Source of the DNA: a virus
Taxonomy: Duplodnaviria > Caudoviricetes
Direction: 5' to 3' (one strand)
Length of the DNA stretch: 25,377 nucleotides
Virus record (IMG/VR): IMGVR_UViG_3300034161_000029
Span: 1 to 25,377 of that record
Each line of letters begins with the position of its first letter. Within the stretch, counting starts at the first letter, position 1. Made by a program: the position numbers and the translations under genes. Shown here piece after piece: positions 16,747 to 25,147 of this stretch. Below the pieces are notes generated by a model. It saw only the letters and a list, made by a program, of their open reading frames with translations, searched no databases and was not told the origin of the DNA.

Positions 16747-17506
16747 AACGGGTAAGGCGCTGCCAACGTTCACGCCCACTGCGGTGCTGCCGGAAGGCGC
16801 CAAGGTGGTAGATCTGGAGAAATATCAGGAGGGCCGCAGCCGCTTCCGTGGCATCTACTCCACCCATTCCCTCGCTGATTTCAGCGCTTACGTTGCGGAC
16901 CGCGCCGAGGCTGGCGCCCGAGGCTTCATCAATCAGGACGAGATGAGCTGCGTGTTGCTGTTCAACCTGGGGACCACCGAAGAGCCGGGCCATGCCGACG
17001 ACCGCGCGGTGCTGAAGCTCAAGGCCACGGCCGGTTACGCTGCTGCACAAGCGATCGCGGACACCCGCTTGGCGCAGAAAGACCTGAGCGACTGGATCGA
17101 AGATTGGCACCAGTACCTGACACCAGTTGACGACGAAGGCAAGGCGATTCCGGTCGCAAAGGCCATCGCCGCAGTGCGCACGATCACGGTAAAGGCCACG
17201 AGCGAATCGGAAACCACGGTCGGCGACACCAGCGCCAGCCGCAGCGCCATGGACCAGATCGAGGCGCGCAGCAAAGAAACCCTGCCAGCCGCCCTGCTGT
17301 TCAACACCATTCCCTTTGAAGGTCTGGTCGAGCAGCAGATCACCCTGCGCCTTTCCGTGATCACGAGCGGCCCGGTGCCAGTGCTGAAACTGCGTTGGGT
17401 TGGTGAAGAAGTGCAGCGCGAAGCAATCGCGCAAGAGTTTAAAGCAGTGCTTGAAGAGCAAATCGGCGCCGCGGCAAAGCTTTCGCTCGGCAGCTTCACC
17501 TCATAA
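16741..17506 (+). pseudogene. DUF2303 (YfdQ-like) phage protein lacking its N terminus
   Basis: DLEKYQEGRSRFRG, FNLGT..PGHADD, QKDLSDWIEDW, IPFEGL; no start codon, abuts the recombinase fragment back to back. Confidence 0.8.
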
Positions 17507-17514
17507 CGATTCAC

Positions 17515-17546
17515 GCCTGCATATTAAACCAAAATAATATGCAGGC
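17515..17546. terminator. Perfect 12-bp inverted repeat between convergent genes
   Basis: GCCTGCATATTA-8-TAATATGCAGGC. Confidence 0.6.
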
Positions 17547-17566
17547 TTTGACATAGCCACATAATA

Positions 17567-18439
17567 CTAAAAACCTCGTAACGATCGACGATAATAAGCA
17601 ACCCAATCAGCACCATATACAACCTTGAATTTAACCATTTTTGCAGCCCAATTCAGATTAGGATCGATATAAATCTGTCTATTTCCGAAAGGATAGAGAT
17701 CCATACCCACCTCGCAGTTATCAGCCAAGCAATTTGAAAAATCACCACCACCTAAAGGCCCACCTACTCTGAGAAGATCAGCAGTTGCTTCCAACTCAAC
17801 TGCACCGAAATTCATTTTGAGCCTTTCAACGGTTAAACCGTTTGGCGGAGAAGCTACAAGTCTTAACACGATGTCGCCCGGCCCATTTCGAATCTCGATC
17901 ACAGGCCCTTCCGTTGTGATATCCCAGCTGTCAACGGATGCTTTCCATTCGTTTTTATCTATGACGAGCGTCGGACGCCCCTGCTTGTCACACAACATGC
18001 CACTAAGTAGAAATGGACCGCCTTCATCCTGTGGTGGGTCGATCCTGAAGATATCTTTCCCATAGATCCTTATCGGTACTCTGCAGTTTTTTAGTGTCAT
18101 TCCTCCAATTCTTACAAACGGAAAACCGTCGCACAAATCAAAAATATCTTTAGCAAAGCCTTGAGTTAACGCCGCTGGACTTTCCATATGTTTTTTGATT
18201 TTAGATTTTGACCACTGCCCTCTGGTTACCTTTCCATGGCAGCCAGGACACAGCAGCGTTATACACTCAGCGACGTGCTGTTCAGCATCTTTGAATTCTG
18301 GATCGACATGTTCATATTCATAAATACCTGACCCACACACTACACAACCGAACCCGCACTTTTTTCTAATCTCTCGCCTTGTTGGCGCTTGGATATACCT
18401 CGAAAGCCCAAAACGATTGACGTCCTTCTCACGATCCAT
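17567..18439 (-). CDS. HNH endonuclease-domain protein with beta-rich C terminus
   Basis: CGFGCVVCG...YEYEHVDPEF...ITLLCPGCH zinc/HNH pattern; AT-rich; reverse to the early operon. Confidence 0.75.
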   Translation of the reverse strand: MDREKDVNRFGLSRYIQAPTRREIRKKCGFGCVVCGSGIYEYEHVDPEFKDAEQHVAECITLLCPGCHGKVTRGQWSKSKIKKHMESPAALTQGFAKDIFDLCDGFPFVRIGGMTLKNCRVPIRIYGKDIFRIDPPQDEGGPFLLSGMLCDKQGRPTLVIDKNEWKASVDSWDITTEGPVIEIRNGPGDIVLRLVASPPNGLTVERLKMNFGAVELEATADLLRVGGPLGGGDFSNCLADNCEVGMDLYPFGNRQIYIDPNLNWAAKMVKFKVVYGADWVAYYRRSLRGF

Positions 18440-18508
18440 TCCAGATACCCCTCAAGGAATTCCATGGTTATTTATCTCCAGCAATGCAGAATCCAGTAAC
18501 GCAGCTGA

Positions 18509-18703
18509 TCACACCAGCGCATCCACCGCCACCTCAATCTCATTGATGGCCATCGGCACATGCAGTGAATCGTATGTTCGGTACTGTAGAAGTTCGTCCG
18601 CAGCAGCATTGGACAGGTTCTCAAGGTCCAGCCCCTGTTTCCTGGCCGCGATCAACACAGCCTTCAGGGCCATCCGCAAAGCCTTCTCCGCGTCTTCACT
18701 CAT
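18509..18703 (-). CDS. Small hypothetical protein (64 aa)
   Basis: GGAGAAGG RBS; helical MSEDAEKALRMALKAVL... Confidence 0.6.
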   Translation of the reverse strand: MSEDAEKALRMALKAVLIAARKQGLDLENLSNAAADELLQYRTYDSLHVPMAINEIEVAVDALV

Positions 18704-18773
18704 GACCTTCTCCCTTCCTGTAGAGAGGTAAGCGTAGGCCATTTCACACTCGAACGAACTCGGTCAAGTAATC

Positions 18774-19664
18774 TTAATCTTCATCGCTTTTTGAGAATGC
18801 CTTGCGACCGAACATCACAAGGTCGTGTTCGAATGCCTTGAATGTGCCTGATTTTCTGAATCGTTCTGGATTATCCAATATAGACTGCGTGATCTTGTCT
18901 TTTTGGCCTTTATCCATACTTGAATACGTAGAGGTTATATCCTTGACTTTTTCAAACATGTATTCAGCAAACCCAGTTGGCCACCAGTATTTACGAGGTG
19001 ACAGCTTACCATCTCCAAGCGCGACCCTGCTGGACCTCATGCGTTTGGATTCTTTATGGCCAGTTAGCCCAAGCAACATGAAGCCTGGCAATTTCGTGTA
19101 AATCATTGTCGATGATTCAGATTCTAGCAAATCCATCTGCATGGTTCTGAGGAAGTACCTGTTCAGATTAGGTGGCGCGCCTCTCACATTCGTCTCTGCC
19201 ATTTCCTCCAAAGGATAAAGGTGTTGCTCGTATTTTCCTAAAGCGTCACTGGAGCCTAGCAGGAAGCTGGCTAACACATTCTCGGCTTCATCAAGACTCC
19301 GATCACTCGCTTCAGATCGAGCGGTATTTTGGCTTCTTACATAAGTAAGAGTTCTCCAAGTTAACGAAGCGCAAAATTTAGAAAGCCAAGGACCATAGTT
19401 AGCCTCTGAAGTTTCGCCATTCACAAACGGGTAAAAAACTCTGTTGGCAAATTCGCGCTCCCAGCTTGAAAACAACTGCTCGCAGCATCCGCAGAGCCAA
19501 TAATCTTTAACTATATCTTGCGCTCTCTTATTAATACTCTGATTAAAACGTATATAACCGGTAGCAGATGTTTCCTTTACCCATTTTCCAACGAACTTAG
19601 GTATGAAATGGCTAAGTTTTAGCTCTGAGTCTTTTTTGCAAAGCCTGCAAATCCCTCTAGGCAT
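18774..19664 (-). CDS. Hypothetical protein with N-terminal HNH-like zinc motif
   Basis: AAAGGAG RBS; CRLC...SHFIP...LCGCCE; AT-rich. Confidence 0.65.
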   Translation of the reverse strand: MPRGICRLCKKDSELKLSHFIPKFVGKWVKETSATGYIRFNQSINKRAQDIVKDYWLCGCCEQLFSSWEREFANRVFYPFVNGETSEANYGPWLSKFCASLTWRTLTYVRSQNTARSEASDRSLDEAENVLASFLLGSSDALGKYEQHLYPLEEMAETNVRGAPPNLNRYFLRTMQMDLLESESSTMIYTKLPGFMLLGLTGHKESKRMRSSRVALGDGKLSPRKYWWPTGFAEYMFEKVKDITSTYSSMDKGQKDKITQSILDNPERFRKSGTFKAFEHDLVMFGRKAFSKSDED

Positions 19665-19747
19665 AACAACTCCTTTAATCCCCGATAAACACTTGATTTT
19701 GAGTACATCATTCCATCCTCTCATAAACGTAGCTTCTCGGAGAATCC

Positions 19748-20665
19748 ATGACTACTGCAATCGATTTGTTCGCCGGGCTCGGCGGATGGTCTACCGGTGC
19801 CCGCGCGGCGGGTGTCGAAGTACTCTGGGCGGCAAACCACTGGCCGGTCGCTGTCGAGTGGCATAGCGCGAACCACCCGGACACCCAGCACATCTGCCAA
19901 GACCTGCACCAGGCGGACTGGACCAAGGTTCCGAGTCACGACATCTTGCTGGCCTCGCCCTGCTGCCAAGGCCACTCAAAGGCGCGCGGCAAGTCGTCCG
20001 GCAATCCTCAGCACGACTCAAGCCGATCCACGGCCTGGGCAGTTGTCTCGGCGCTGGAGTTTCACAGGCCCGAAGCGGCCATCGTCGAGAACGTTCCTGA
20101 GTTCATGGACTGGGCACTGTATCCGGCGTGGTTGTCAGCCATGCGCTCGCTGGGATATCAGGTCGCGCCTCACATCGTCGATTGCGCGGATCTGGGCGTG
20201 CCTCAGAACCGGGTCCGCATGTTCCTTGTCTGCACCCGAAGCGCGGCGCCTCTGATGCTGGACCTTTGGCCGGAGCGGCACACCGCGGCGAACTCATTCA
20301 TCGATCTGGGAGCAGGCCGTTGGGCTGATATCGAACGCCCAGGGCGCGCGGCGGCAACGCTGGAACGGGTGAAGGCAGGTCGCGCAGCGTACGGCGACCA
20401 GTTTCTGTTCAGCTACTACGGCAACACCCGCAGCGGCCGCGCACTCACCCGCCCGATCGGAACCATCACGACGCGGGATCGCTGGGCCATCGTAAACGGC
20501 GACAAGATGCGGATGCTCACCGCGGACGAAAACCTGCTGGCCATGTCCTTCCCCGCCAACACCAAGCGCCCGGACAGCCATCGGTTGACGGTGCATATGG
20601 CCGGTAACGCAGTTCCACCGCTCGCTGGCCAGCGCGTTATCGAAGCGCTGTTGGCCGCCGCCTGA
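19748..20665 (+). CDS. Phage C5-cytosine DNA methyltransferase
   Basis: DLFAGLGG (I), SPCCQGHS (IV), ENV (VI), QNRVR (VIII), GNAV (X). Confidence 0.92.
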   Translation: MTTAIDLFAGLGGWSTGARAAGVEVLWAANHWPVAVEWHSANHPDTQHICQDLHQADWTKVPSHDILLASPCCQGHSKARGKSSGNPQHDSSRSTAWAVVSALEFHRPEAAIVENVPEFMDWALYPAWLSAMRSLGYQVAPHIVDCADLGVPQNRVRMFLVCTRSAAPLMLDLWPERHTAANSFIDLGAGRWADIERPGRAAATLERVKAGRAAYGDQFLFSYYGNTRSGRALTRPIGTITTRDRWAIVNGDKMRMLTADENLLAMSFPANTKRPDSHRLTVHMAGNAVPPLAGQRVIEALLAAA

Positions 20666-20676
20666 CCAATCCCAAA

Positions 20677-20722
20677 GTAACCTCCAGAGGTTACTTCTCG
20701 AAAAGTAACCCAAACGGGTTAC
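20677..20722. repeat. Two tandem 18-bp palindromes GTAACC-N6-GGTTAC
   Basis: 20677-20694 and 20705-20722, intergenic. Confidence 0.7.
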
Positions 20723-20735
20723 AGGAAATCAATCC

Positions 20736-21050
20736 ATGCGCATATATCTCAGCGGGCCGATGACGGGCCTGCCCGATTACAACTTCCCGGCATTCAACGC
20801 TGAGGCCGCCCGACTCCGCGCTCTGGGCTACGTCGTCGAGAACCCGGCAGAGAATCCCCTGCCCGCCGACGCGCCCTGGCACCTGTGCATGCGCGACGCG
20901 ATCCGACAGATGCTCACATGTGATGCTGTGGCATTCCTGCCGGGCTGGCGTCAGTCGCGCGGCGCCAACGTAGAAATCGAACTGGCCGGGCATCTCGGCA
21001 TGGAAGTCATTCAAGCGAGCGGCATCGTTTCGCCGCAGGAGGGGTTATGA
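20736..21050 (+). CDS. DUF4406 family (nucleoside deoxyribosyltransferase-like fold) protein
   Basis: MRIYLSGPMTGLPDYNFPAF...NPAE...CD....LPGW..SRGA..E. Confidence 0.85.
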   Translation: MRIYLSGPMTGLPDYNFPAFNAEAARLRALGYVVENPAENPLPADAPWHLCMRDAIRQMLTCDAVAFLPGWRQSRGANVEIELAGHLGMEVIQASGIVSPQEGL

Positions 21051-21802
21051 GTCAGGAACCGAATAAGGCGCCGCCGTCGAACTGTCGTCAGCAACTGGCC
21101 GCCGATGGCAAGCCCTACCCGCGCTCATCTTGCGCAGTTTGCGGGCAGTTCTCGCCGCGCTGGAAAGAGTGTGATGCTCTGCTAACCGCCGCCCCTGTGC
21201 CGCCCGCTGATGGTGAGGTGGAAGTGCTGGCAGTAGCGACCCTTGGCAGCTTCAGCGCTGAAGAGCTGGGGGAAATCGACGTTGAGCCTCAGATGAGAAC
21301 TCTCGAGCGCATCCAACAGCAAGTCGTCACAAACGAAGACGTGAGCTTGGAGCTGGTAGACCGCGCCCACGTCACCCGCCTGCAGGCCGAGAACGCCGCA
21401 CTCCAGCAGCGACTGACCGTCGCCGATCAACGGATTGATGATCTGGAAGCCGACATGGCTAAGGCGCGTGAGTTGCTGGAAGACGCTCAGGATCGCTACC
21501 AGTACGGCACGCTTGGTTGGTATGACATTAGTAACTTTCTCGCGCACCAATCCGCGCCAGCCGCAGCGCCACTCGATCCGGTTCACGGCGATGTGCTACC
21601 ACCAGTCGGTAGCACGGTACAGATCAAGCTTGGCGATAGCGGCTGGTTCGATCACACCGTGACCGGCTATTACGCCTGGCCCAACCATGGGCTGGACAAA
21701 AACGTGCACCGTGTCTTCGTTCGCGTGAAGGATGCGGCCGGCACGCAAAATGCGCGACTCCTTACCGACGTCCGCATACCGCCGCCAGCCTCCCCGAAGT
21801 AA
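21047..21802 (+). CDS. Mosaic early-region protein (Ea22-like architecture)
   Basis: Cys-rich N module, coiled coil RLQAENAALQQRLTVADQR, distinct C module; ATGA-coupled. Confidence 0.65.
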   Translation: MSQEPNKAPPSNCRQQLAADGKPYPRSSCAVCGQFSPRWKECDALLTAAPVPPADGEVEVLAVATLGSFSAEELGEIDVEPQMRTLERIQQQVVTNEDVSLELVDRAHVTRLQAENAALQQRLTVADQRIDDLEADMAKARELLEDAQDRYQYGTLGWYDISNFLAHQSAPAAAPLDPVHGDVLPPVGSTVQIKLGDSGWFDHTVTGYYAWPNHGLDKNVHRVFVRVKDAAGTQNARLLTDVRIPPPASPK

Positions 21803-21867
21803 CCCCGCCGCCCGTTCGGCCCCACCCTATCCCTATTGCCTGCTGCGTATGCGGCGAGGACGAAGTC

Positions 21868-22197
21868 ATGCCCGAAGAAATTAAACTGATCCAAGTCGCG
21901 CCAGTCGTGCGAGATGATAACGGCTTTTTCCAGCACCCTGATCTCCCTGACTTTGACGAAGGTGATGGCGACAGGTGCAAGGCTTGGATCGCCGAACAAG
22001 GCCTGCAGGTGCAGATGGTCAGCCTGGAGTACCACAGCGACGAAGCAATCTCTGAACGCTACTTCGAAGCTGGTGACCCGGATTGCAGCTACTGGGAGCC
22101 AGACCGCCCTGAAGGTGAAGGCTGGTTCTGTCTGGCTATCCACGACACCGACGACGGCCCGGTCTGTTGGTGGGGCCGCCGGGAGGTGAAGCCATGA
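21868..22197 (+). CDS. Acidic phage hypothetical protein (109 aa)
   Basis: GAGGA RBS; VVRDDNGFFQHPDLP...WEP.RPEGEGWF.LAIHDTDDGP. Confidence 0.75.
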   Translation: MPEEIKLIQVAPVVRDDNGFFQHPDLPDFDEGDGDRCKAWIAEQGLQVQMVSLEYHSDEAISERYFEAGDPDCSYWEPDRPEGEGWFCLAIHDTDDGPVCWWGRREVKP

Positions 22198-22790
22198 TTA
22201 TCGACGACATCATGACCGACAAAATCACGCTCCACGGCTTGGGCTTTGTCCAGGTGCAGCTGGAAGGTAGTCAACGCCTTCACGTCTGGCATCCGGAGCT
22301 GCCGCGCCGTTCCTGCTTCGAACATTCGGCGATTCACGATCACCGCTTCGACTTTGTGTCGCGCGTTTTGGTCGGCACTCAGATCAATCATTGCTTCAAT
22401 CTACGCCGGCATGACGAAGGTGACTTCATGCTGTACCTGCATGAGGGCAAGCGCGGCGCGAACGGCGGCAGACCTTGGACTCCAGATGGTCGCGCGTATC
22501 TTGATCGGGGCTCGATATTCGAGGTTCGCGCAGGCAATGAATATGGCTCTCGCGCTTATGACTACCACCGGACCGAGCCCGGCGGCGATGGCAGGGTCGC
22601 AACGATTCTGCAGAAGGGCTCGGAGTTTCCGCAGGGCGCACACTCGACCTGTCGCATCGGCATAGAACCTGAGGCGGACTTCGACCGTTTCCAGTGGTCA
22701 CCGACCAAGCTGTGGGAAGTGGTGACCGACGTGCTGCTGTGCCCGCGAGTGACACTGGCTCAAGAAATCAGGTCGACACCTACCACATAG
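22194..22790 (+). CDS. Phage hypothetical protein, His-rich, possibly cupin-like
   Basis: ATGA-coupled; RLHVWHP, IHDHRFDFVSRVLVG, YHRT. Confidence 0.65.
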   Translation: MIIDDIMTDKITLHGLGFVQVQLEGSQRLHVWHPELPRRSCFEHSAIHDHRFDFVSRVLVGTQINHCFNLRRHDEGDFMLYLHEGKRGANGGRPWTPDGRAYLDRGSIFEVRAGNEYGSRAYDYHRTEPGGDGRVATILQKGSEFPQGAHSTCRIGIEPEADFDRFQWSPTKLWEVVTDVLLCPRVTLAQEIRSTPTT

Positions 22791-23269
22791 GGTGCGAGCC
22801 CACCCCGGTGCCTCTTCATAAAATTTGCGTAGTGGCTGTCGAATGGCTCTGTGCCTTGCGCGCTCTTTATCCACGCCCGTACGCCCACAGAAATATCTTC
22901 AACGAAAGATGGTATGTCCACCGCTAGGGCGTCCATCAATACCGAATTGTGAAGAGTCAAAGGCCCTGGGGTGAGAAACAAAACTCTCGCATAGCCCAGA
23001 TCTTTGTGCATGGAGCGGCCCTGATGTAAAAGCCCGCATCTGTATGCATAGCAAACAGCCCCACTGATAGCCACCTGTCCATCACGGATAGCTGGGTAGT
23101 TGACAGCTACCCACTTATCAAACCAGGTCTTGTAGCGGGCTGCTGTCGCTCGCCCGTCCTCGGACTCAAGAGCGGCGCAAATGTCAGGCAGCGCAAGCGC
23201 CGTAAACAGCGCGACTGAATAAAAACCCGCACCCGCCACAGCTTTTAGCTCAGCCAATAGTTCATCCAT
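22760..23269 (-). CDS. Hypothetical helical protein with RxxxxH (HEPN-like) motif
   Basis: GGAGGA RBS; ALALPDICAALE...YAYRCGLLHQG; reverse orientation. Confidence 0.65.
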   Translation of the reverse strand: MDELLAELKAVAGAGFYSVALFTALALPDICAALESEDGRATAARYKTWFDKWVAVNYPAIRDGQVAISGAVCYAYRCGLLHQGRSMHKDLGYARVLFLTPGPLTLHNSVLMDALAVDIPSFVEDISVGVRAWIKSAQGTEPFDSHYANFMKRHRGGLAPYVVGVDLIS

Positions 23270-23367
23270 GTCACATCCTCCCAAAGCGATGAAGCATAGC
23301 TGACCATCCCCAAACCCTTCCCCATCTATCCACATCCCTGCTGGCGTACAGCGGGCGGGAGACACTC

Positions 23368-23664
23368 ATGCGAAAAATTCAAGAAACACGGCCACTGGTT
23401 GAAAGCCTGAGCGCGCGTATCGCGAAACGCGAAGGCGGCTCGCCACGCCCCTTGGACACTGATGCCACGCTTCACCGGCAGTCACTGGATGCAATCACCG
23501 AGTTGAGGGCAGCGCTGAAGCTCAACCTCGAAAACCTGCAGGCCTGCCAGGCAACGATTCACCTGTGCGGCGGTTTCGATCCTGCCTACGTCAACGACGC
23601 CCAAGCAGCGATGAAGATCGCTGACGCAGCCTTGGCCAAATACCCAGCACTCAACCCCGCATAG
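23368..23664 (+). CDS. Phage hypothetical protein (98 aa)
   Basis: GGGAG RBS; co-oriented, directly upstream of xis. Confidence 0.6.
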   Translation: MRKIQETRPLVESLSARIAKREGGSPRPLDTDATLHRQSLDAITELRAALKLNLENLQACQATIHLCGGFDPAYVNDAQAAMKIADAALAKYPALNPA

Positions 23665-23686
23665 ACCCCGGACGGAGGTAGCCAAC

Positions 23687-23899
23687 ATGAAGCGCGAACT
23701 GATCAAGATCAGCGAATTCCGCCGCCGGCGCTGGGGCGAGAACGGGACGCCGCCCTGCTCCCAGGCGATCCGCAATTACATTCGAGACGGCAAGCTTCCG
23801 GGCGAGCAGATCGGGAAACTCTGGTATATCGATTGGGCGGCCTTCAACAAGTCCGCCGGCAACGAGCTCGTAGCGATGGTATTGAAAGGAGCAGCATGA
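23687..23899 (+). CDS. Putative excisionase (winged-helix)
   Basis: 70 aa basic; AIRNYIRDGKLPGEQIGKLWYID; ATGA overlap with the integrase. Confidence 0.75.
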   Translation: MKRELIKISEFRRRRWGENGTPPCSQAIRNYIRDGKLPGEQIGKLWYIDWAAFNKSAGNELVAMVLKGAA

Positions 23900-25011
23900 T
23901 GGTCCCACGGCCGCGCAATAAGTCGAACAGAGGCTTGCCGCCGAACCTCTACCTGGATGATCGGCGCGGGACCTACCGGTACCGCAGGCCGACTGACGGC
24001 AAATGGTTTCCGTTTGGAGCCGATCGGGTAAAAGCGGTAGACGCGGCCAAGCAATTGAACCTCGCCTTCATGCAGGGCGCCGACCTGGTTGGCGCGGTAA
24101 TGGGTGAGTCTGCCGAGCTGTTCACCACCTTCCTGACCCAGTACGAAGAAAAGGTGCTGCCTCCACGCGAGCTATCGGAAGGAACGCTCGGCCTGTACGC
24201 CGTCCACTTCCGGCGTTTCCGGAAGGCGTTCGAAGGTAAAGCGATCGATCAGATAACGATTCGCATGATCGCCGAGCTGCTGGATTCGGTCACGCCTCGT
24301 ACCGCTAACCAGTACCGCGCGCTGCTGATCGACATATTCAACCACGCCGCGGCCAAAGGGCTGTGCCCCGACAACCCAGCAATGAGCACGATCAGCAGGA
24401 TCGAAAAGAAGTCCCGCAAGCGTCACACCGTCGAAGGCCTGAAAGCCATCCGGGAGAAATCGCCCACCTGGCTGCAGAACGCAATCGATCTTGCGCTGAT
24501 TACCGCACAACGACGCACTGACATTCTATCCATGAAGTTCGAAGACGTGAAGGACGGATACCTCTACGTGGTCCAGCAGAAGACCGCGAAAGCGTCGGAC
24601 ATGGCATGGATCAGGTTCAGGGTTACACCAGAGCTTCAGCGCGTCATCAGCCACTGCCGAGACAACATCGTCTCGCCCTTTCTGATTCACCGGCGGCCGG
24701 AACGAAAGAAACAGAAGCAGGCTGAAACGAAAGAGCACTGGACCAAGATCGAGGAACGGTATCTGACCAGGGCATTCAAGGAAGCGCGAGAGGCTGCGGA
24801 TTGTTACAAGGGATGGAAGGAAGAAGAGATGCCGGGCTTCCATGAAGTCAGGGCGCTGTCGCTGCACCTGTACAAGAAAGCCGGAAAGGATGGGCAGAAG
24901 ATCGCCGGCCACGCCAGCGAGGAGATGACCAAAAACTATCAGAAGGATCACGCGGAAGTGGTCTGGTCAGAGGCAGTACCCGACCTCGATATTAGCGAAA
25001 TCGCCGGATAG
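23896..25011 (+). CDS. int: Tyrosine integrase with N-terminal arm-binding domain
   Basis: LPPNLY...YRYR arm domain; TAQRR (Arg), QKT (Lys), FHEVR, AGH, TKNY (Tyr); adjacent to att/tRNA. Confidence 0.93.
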   Translation: MMVPRPRNKSNRGLPPNLYLDDRRGTYRYRRPTDGKWFPFGADRVKAVDAAKQLNLAFMQGADLVGAVMGESAELFTTFLTQYEEKVLPPRELSEGTLGLYAVHFRRFRKAFEGKAIDQITIRMIAELLDSVTPRTANQYRALLIDIFNHAAAKGLCPDNPAMSTISRIEKKSRKRHTVEGLKAIREKSPTWLQNAIDLALITAQRRTDILSMKFEDVKDGYLYVVQQKTAKASDMAWIRFRVTPELQRVISHCRDNIVSPFLIHRRPERKKQKQAETKEHWTKIEERYLTRAFKEAREAADCYKGWKEEEMPGFHEVRALSLHLYKKAGKDGQKIAGHASEEMTKNYQKDHAEVVWSEAVPDLDISEIAG

Positions 25012-25041
25012 TTTTGCGCCAGTTTTGCGCGGGTTTTGCGC
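25011..25041 (+). repeat. Three GTTTTGCGC direct repeats (putative integrase arm sites)
   Basis: 25011-19, 25022-30, 25033-41; 11-bp period, between the int stop and att. Confidence 0.7.
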
Positions 25042-25053
25042 AAACCAGAAATG

Positions 25054-25091
25054 AAAAAGGGAATCAGACCTGTAAGTGGCTGATTCCCTTT
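25054..25091 (-). terminator. Phage-supplied terminator for the tRNA
   Basis: AAAGGGAATCAG-12-CTGATTCCCTTT just past the tRNA CCA end. Confidence 0.7.
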
Positions 25092-25093
25092 AC

Positions 25094-25147
25094 AAAATAT
25101 GGTCGGGACGGAGTGATTCGAACACTCGACCCCTAGCACCCCATGCT
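25094..25147. repeat. Prophage attachment core, right copy
   Basis: 54 bp identical to 1818-1871. Confidence 0.95.

Larger units (their letters stand above)
1818..25147. mobile_element. Cryptic (deleted) lambdoid/HK97-like prophage integrated in tRNA-Pro(GGG)
   Basis: Flanking att repeats, integrase/xis at the tRNA end, and holin, capsid and lambda-type tail-tip remnants. Confidence 0.95.

Noticed and set aside
16439-17461. 340-aa minus-strand ORF as a full integrase
   Set aside because: Only the last ~100 aa are recombinase-like; the rest is the antisense shadow of DUF2303
17567-20665. Bona fide type II restriction-modification system
   Set aside because: The methyltransferase has phage-like composition and sits in the early operon, while the nuclease-like genes are AT-rich and reversed; linkage is not supportable without co-occurrence data
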